Part shown: one piece after another, positions 42,191 to 44,772 of the stretch
Layout of the letters: every line of letters starts with the position of its first letter
Position numbering within the stretch: the stretch's first letter is position 1
Assembly: GCA_045630665.1 (NCBI GenBank)
Contig: JAZQTI010000010.1
Location: 1-44,772 of the forward strand
Source of the DNA: Candidatus Scatovivens sp.
GTDB lineage: Bacteria > Bacillota > Clostridia > TANB77 > CAG-508
DNA length: 44,772 nt
Direction of reading: 5' to 3'
The notes under the pieces: model-generated
Database searches by the model: none
What the model was told of the DNA's origin: nothing
The model's input: the letters and a program-made list of their open reading frames with translations, nothing else
Translations under genes and position numbers: made by a program

Positions 42191-42994
42191 ATGAATGGAT
42201 CTATGAATCAAAGAGGTATAACACTAATTTTTATGATATCTATCGCTATATTGTCACTTATTTTAGTTTTTTGTATAATCGCTTATGCTCTTATACAAAC
42301 ATTTGCACCAGTAGAAGAAACAAAGAAAACTACAAAAGAAGATATAAGTTATGAAGAAAAAGAAGTTTATGAAGATGATGTAGATGAAATAGAAAATACT
42401 ACAAATGAAGTAAGTGAAAAAGTAGAAGATAAAAATGAAGTTGTAGAAGATGATGAAGACGAAGTAGTAGAAGAAACAGAACAAACAAACACAGTTCAAG
42501 ATTCTACAGAAAATACTGTAGAAAATACACTTCAAGATGGAACTACAATTCAAGTAGAACAAACTTATAAAAAACCTTCAGAATATGTAATAGGTGAACA
42601 AATTGCTGAAGGATGTAATGTTATTGGTTTTATAGAAATACCAAAAATAGAAGTTAAATTTCCAATAGGATCAGCTGTAAAAAAAGATTCAATATTTGAT
42701 GTGGCTATATGTTATATGTACGGAAATGGAATAAACCAAGTAGGACGTACAACAGTTACAGGAACAAATGCAGCTTTTGAACGTGTTGGAGAATTAGCTG
42801 TTGGTGATACATTCCAATTGCTAGATGAAAATAATGAAACTGTAAATTATAAAATTACTGAAATATTTACCACAACACCTACAGATGTTAATTTTATGAT
42901 AGCAGATACAGAAAATAGAGAATGTGTTTTATATTACAACAATTTAAACGATATATATAATAAAACAGTTATTATAGGAACAGAAGTAAAATAA
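42191..42994 (+). CDS. Membrane-anchored sortase A-like fold protein lacking the catalytic His
   Basis: Transmembrane anchor plus acidic linker. IGFIEIPKIEVKFPI matches sortase (Y)IEIP..I..P. The C-terminus ...C.......TEVK aligns without gaps to the S. aureus SrtA end (Cys184 ... ATEVK). The AGH position reads TGT. Confidence 0.55.
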   Translation: MNGSMNQRGITLIFMISIAILSLILVFCIIAYALIQTFAPVEETKKTTKEDISYEEKEVYEDDVDEIENTTNEVSEKVEDKNEVVEDDEDEVVEETEQTNTVQDSTENTVENTLQDGTTIQVEQTYKKPSEYVIGEQIAEGCNVIGFIEIPKIEVKFPIGSAVKKDSIFDVAICYMYGNGINQVGRTTVTGTNAAFERVGELAVGDTFQLLDENNETVNYKITEIFTTTPTDVNFMIADTENRECVLYYNNLNDIYNKTVIIGTEVK

Positions 42995-43010
42995 TATTGT
43001 GGAGATATTA

Positions 43011-44228
43011 ATGGAAGCTAAAATTGGAGAAGAAAAAAGAATTAAAAATTATGAGACTTTCAAGAAATTCTTAAAAACAGATATGAGGATAAAAGAAAGC
43101 CTTTTAAGAGATGCTCCATCAGAATTAGATGGATATAGTGAAGAATCAAGAATCGAATACACAGATAAATTAGAACATGAATTAAAAGATTTTGAAGGTG
43201 ATTTACAAATAATAGCAGATGGTTTTGAATTTGGAGATGTAGTTTCAGAAGCAATCAAAAAATTTTTTAATCAAGCTAAAGGGAAGCTAGCCATTGGAAA
43301 ATATGAACCAGGTGTTGAAACAGAAGCATATCAAAAAGCATTTTCACAAATGAGACCAGACTTCGTAACTGAAGTAAAAAAGAGATGTGTTGGGCATACT
43401 ATGGCTGGACCAGGAAGATTGGCATCATTGATGAGCAAAGCTGTTAGTGTGAATGAAGTGCTTCATGTAATGCATTCATATATAATGAACAATGAACAAA
43501 TAATGAGTTCAATGCCAAAACTAGGTGAAAAAATAGGAATGGCAAAAGAGCCAATAACTCTATACGGTGAAGAAACGCCACTTGCAAAAGAAATTTTTGA
43601 TAAATTTCCTGATGATTTAGATGTAGGAATTACAGAAATTGTTGCTATGCCAGAAAATATTTTTATGATGATTCGTGATAGAGGACATGCTTTAACTATT
43701 GCTATGGATACTAGCAAGGAAGAAGAAGTTGATGTAAAATATTTCGTACCAAAAATTTGTAATGATGATATGGTAAGAGCACTAAAAGGTATAGATAAAT
43801 CAAGTATGCAAACAGGTGGTGCAAAAGGTGCTTTTACAACTACAAAAGAAGGTTTAGCAGAAGAAATATTTGGATTTATAGATAAAGTTCCAACAGATCT
43901 AGATATGCCAAGACCTGATTGGAATCAAATAGAAGCAGAAATAAGAGCACAAAATTCTGCAAGAAAAGCTGCAGAAGAAGCAGCAAGAGCCGCGCAAGAA
44001 GCACAATTTAACCAAACTATTCAAGCAAATCAACCTATTCAACATGCAGGCGAAGAGAAAACATTTTCTTCACGAGATGCAGAAGAAGTATCAAAAGCAC
44101 CAGAAATAAGAATGGGAAGATTACAAGCTCTACAAAACAAGATATCACAATTATTGTCTCCAATTTTAAATAGAGGAAAAGGAAATAAAGATCAAAGAGA
44201 AGATAATTCTGATGAAAGAGTTGATTAG
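43011..44228 (+). CDS. Hypothetical protein (405 aa) with a Q/A-rich C-terminal tail
   Basis: ATG 43011 lies 6 nt after GTGGAG. Followed by the 155-aa partner-family gene. Confidence 0.6.
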   Translation: MEAKIGEEKRIKNYETFKKFLKTDMRIKESLLRDAPSELDGYSEESRIEYTDKLEHELKDFEGDLQIIADGFEFGDVVSEAIKKFFNQAKGKLAIGKYEPGVETEAYQKAFSQMRPDFVTEVKKRCVGHTMAGPGRLASLMSKAVSVNEVLHVMHSYIMNNEQIMSSMPKLGEKIGMAKEPITLYGEETPLAKEIFDKFPDDLDVGITEIVAMPENIFMMIRDRGHALTIAMDTSKEEEVDVKYFVPKICNDDMVRALKGIDKSSMQTGGAKGAFTTTKEGLAEEIFGFIDKVPTDLDMPRPDWNQIEAEIRAQNSARKAAEEAARAAQEAQFNQTIQANQPIQHAGEEKTFSSRDAEEVSKAPEIRMGRLQALQNKISQLLSPILNRGKGNKDQREDNSDERVD

Positions 44229-44246
44229 ATTACAAAGGAGAAAAAA

Positions 44247-44714
44247 ATGGAAGCTAACTCAGCAATAAATTATACAAATGTTTTTAAAGAAACTTTAGAA
44301 GTATTAAAACACTTTGATAGTGAATTTTTATCAAAAATACCAAATGAATTTTTAAATGCAATGAAAGAATTTGCTTCAAAATCCACAATAACTGTAAATA
44401 TAGACACTTCTAAAAATTTAATTGAACAAGACATTTCGGAAGAATGTAAAGAAATGATTTCATTAATTTTTTATAGCTATATTGCTACAAAAGAAGAAAA
44501 AGAAGAACTTACAGAACTTTGGAATGTAAATGAAGAAGTTTATCAAAAAGGGTTAAAAGAAAAATATAATGTAGATAATATATTTGAAAATTCAAAAAAA
44601 GTTAAAGAAACTGAAAATGCTAAAGACTCTAAAACAGAACTTGTCGAATATAAAGAAAAAAACTTTTTCCAAAAAATTATAGAAAAAATTAAAAATTGGT
44701 TTATAAAAAAATAG
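44247..44714 (+). CDS. Small (~155 aa) partner protein, paralog of 1876..2340
   Basis: RBS AAAGGAGAAAAAA. Shares the same motif blocks as the 154-aa ORF. Confidence 0.7.
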   Translation: MEANSAINYTNVFKETLEVLKHFDSEFLSKIPNEFLNAMKEFASKSTITVNIDTSKNLIEQDISEECKEMISLIFYSYIATKEEKEELTELWNVNEEVYQKGLKEKYNVDNIFENSKKVKETENAKDSKTELVEYKEKNFFQKIIEKIKNWFIKK

Positions 44715-44772
44715 TAGTTTGAGTAGAAATTTTATACAAATTAAGATTCAATTTTACATAGATTTATTATAA

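Noticed and set aside
42203-42262. Prepilin-like class III signal (QRGITLIF...) at the N-terminus of the sortase-like protein
   Set aside because: It lacks the conserved Glu at +5 and the typical G|F(T/S)L(I/L)E context. It is more simply an N-terminal membrane anchor, as in sortases.
42330-42480. Apparent repetitiveness (GAAGA/GATGA runs) here, and in other E/K-rich linkers, as tandem repeats or a CRISPR-like array
   Set aside because: This is coding low-complexity acidic linker sequence. It has no regular repeat-spacer periodicity and no conserved repeat unit.
1-44772. Chimeric metagenomic assembly as the explanation for the GC mosaic
   Set aside because: I cannot exclude this without reads, but it is unlikely. 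There are 12 or more composition switches. Each falls precisely at a promoter or terminator boundary, with intact flanking host genes and operons. Bidirectional terminators are shared across the boundaries.

Overview
This is a very AT-rich bacterial chromosome segment, about 20-35% GC by hand counts. It has Gram-positive-style signals: AGGAGG ribosome-binding sites (RBS), TGnTATAAT extended -10 promoters and hairpin plus T-tract terminators. Recognisable housekeeping or anaerobe genes are trpB, a YqeG-like HAD phosphatase, plsC, a DAG/lipid kinase, GNAT, NUDIX, a SAM methyltransferase, CoA-disulfide reductase-rhodanese, a flavodiiron protein and an Fsa/TalC-type transaldolase. An ABC-F gene is frameshifted. 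The most striking property is a gene-scale compositional mosaic. At least six sharply bounded blocks of about 38-50% GC are wedged between host genes, and no integrase, transposase or tRNA attachment site is visible. The blocks carry glgP plus two genes, a 66-aa ORF, a CofE-like gene, a tandem RyR-domain gene, a five-gene block of envelope and cell-wall proteins, and a C39-like peptidase. Each block is a self-contained promoter-gene-terminator unit, and several share near-identical promoter or leader modules. Several block genes completely avoid TTA, CTA and TCA codons. Other notable items:
- an E. coli-style Trp leader-peptide attenuator in front of an orphan trpB;
- a leader-peptide attenuator in front of the ABC-F gene;
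- a host-encoded family of large acidic HExxH proteins (3 paralogs);
- a repeated module of a large protein followed by a ~155-aa partner at both window ends;
- an operon with duplicated ~50-aa ORFs ahead of coiled-coil proteins;
- a deoxyribosyltransferase-like + MazG-like + PIN-like cluster;
- a sortase-fold protein lacking the catalytic His.
I recognised no rRNA, tRNA, CRISPR array or IS element. All functional calls come from motif recognition by eye, not from database searches.
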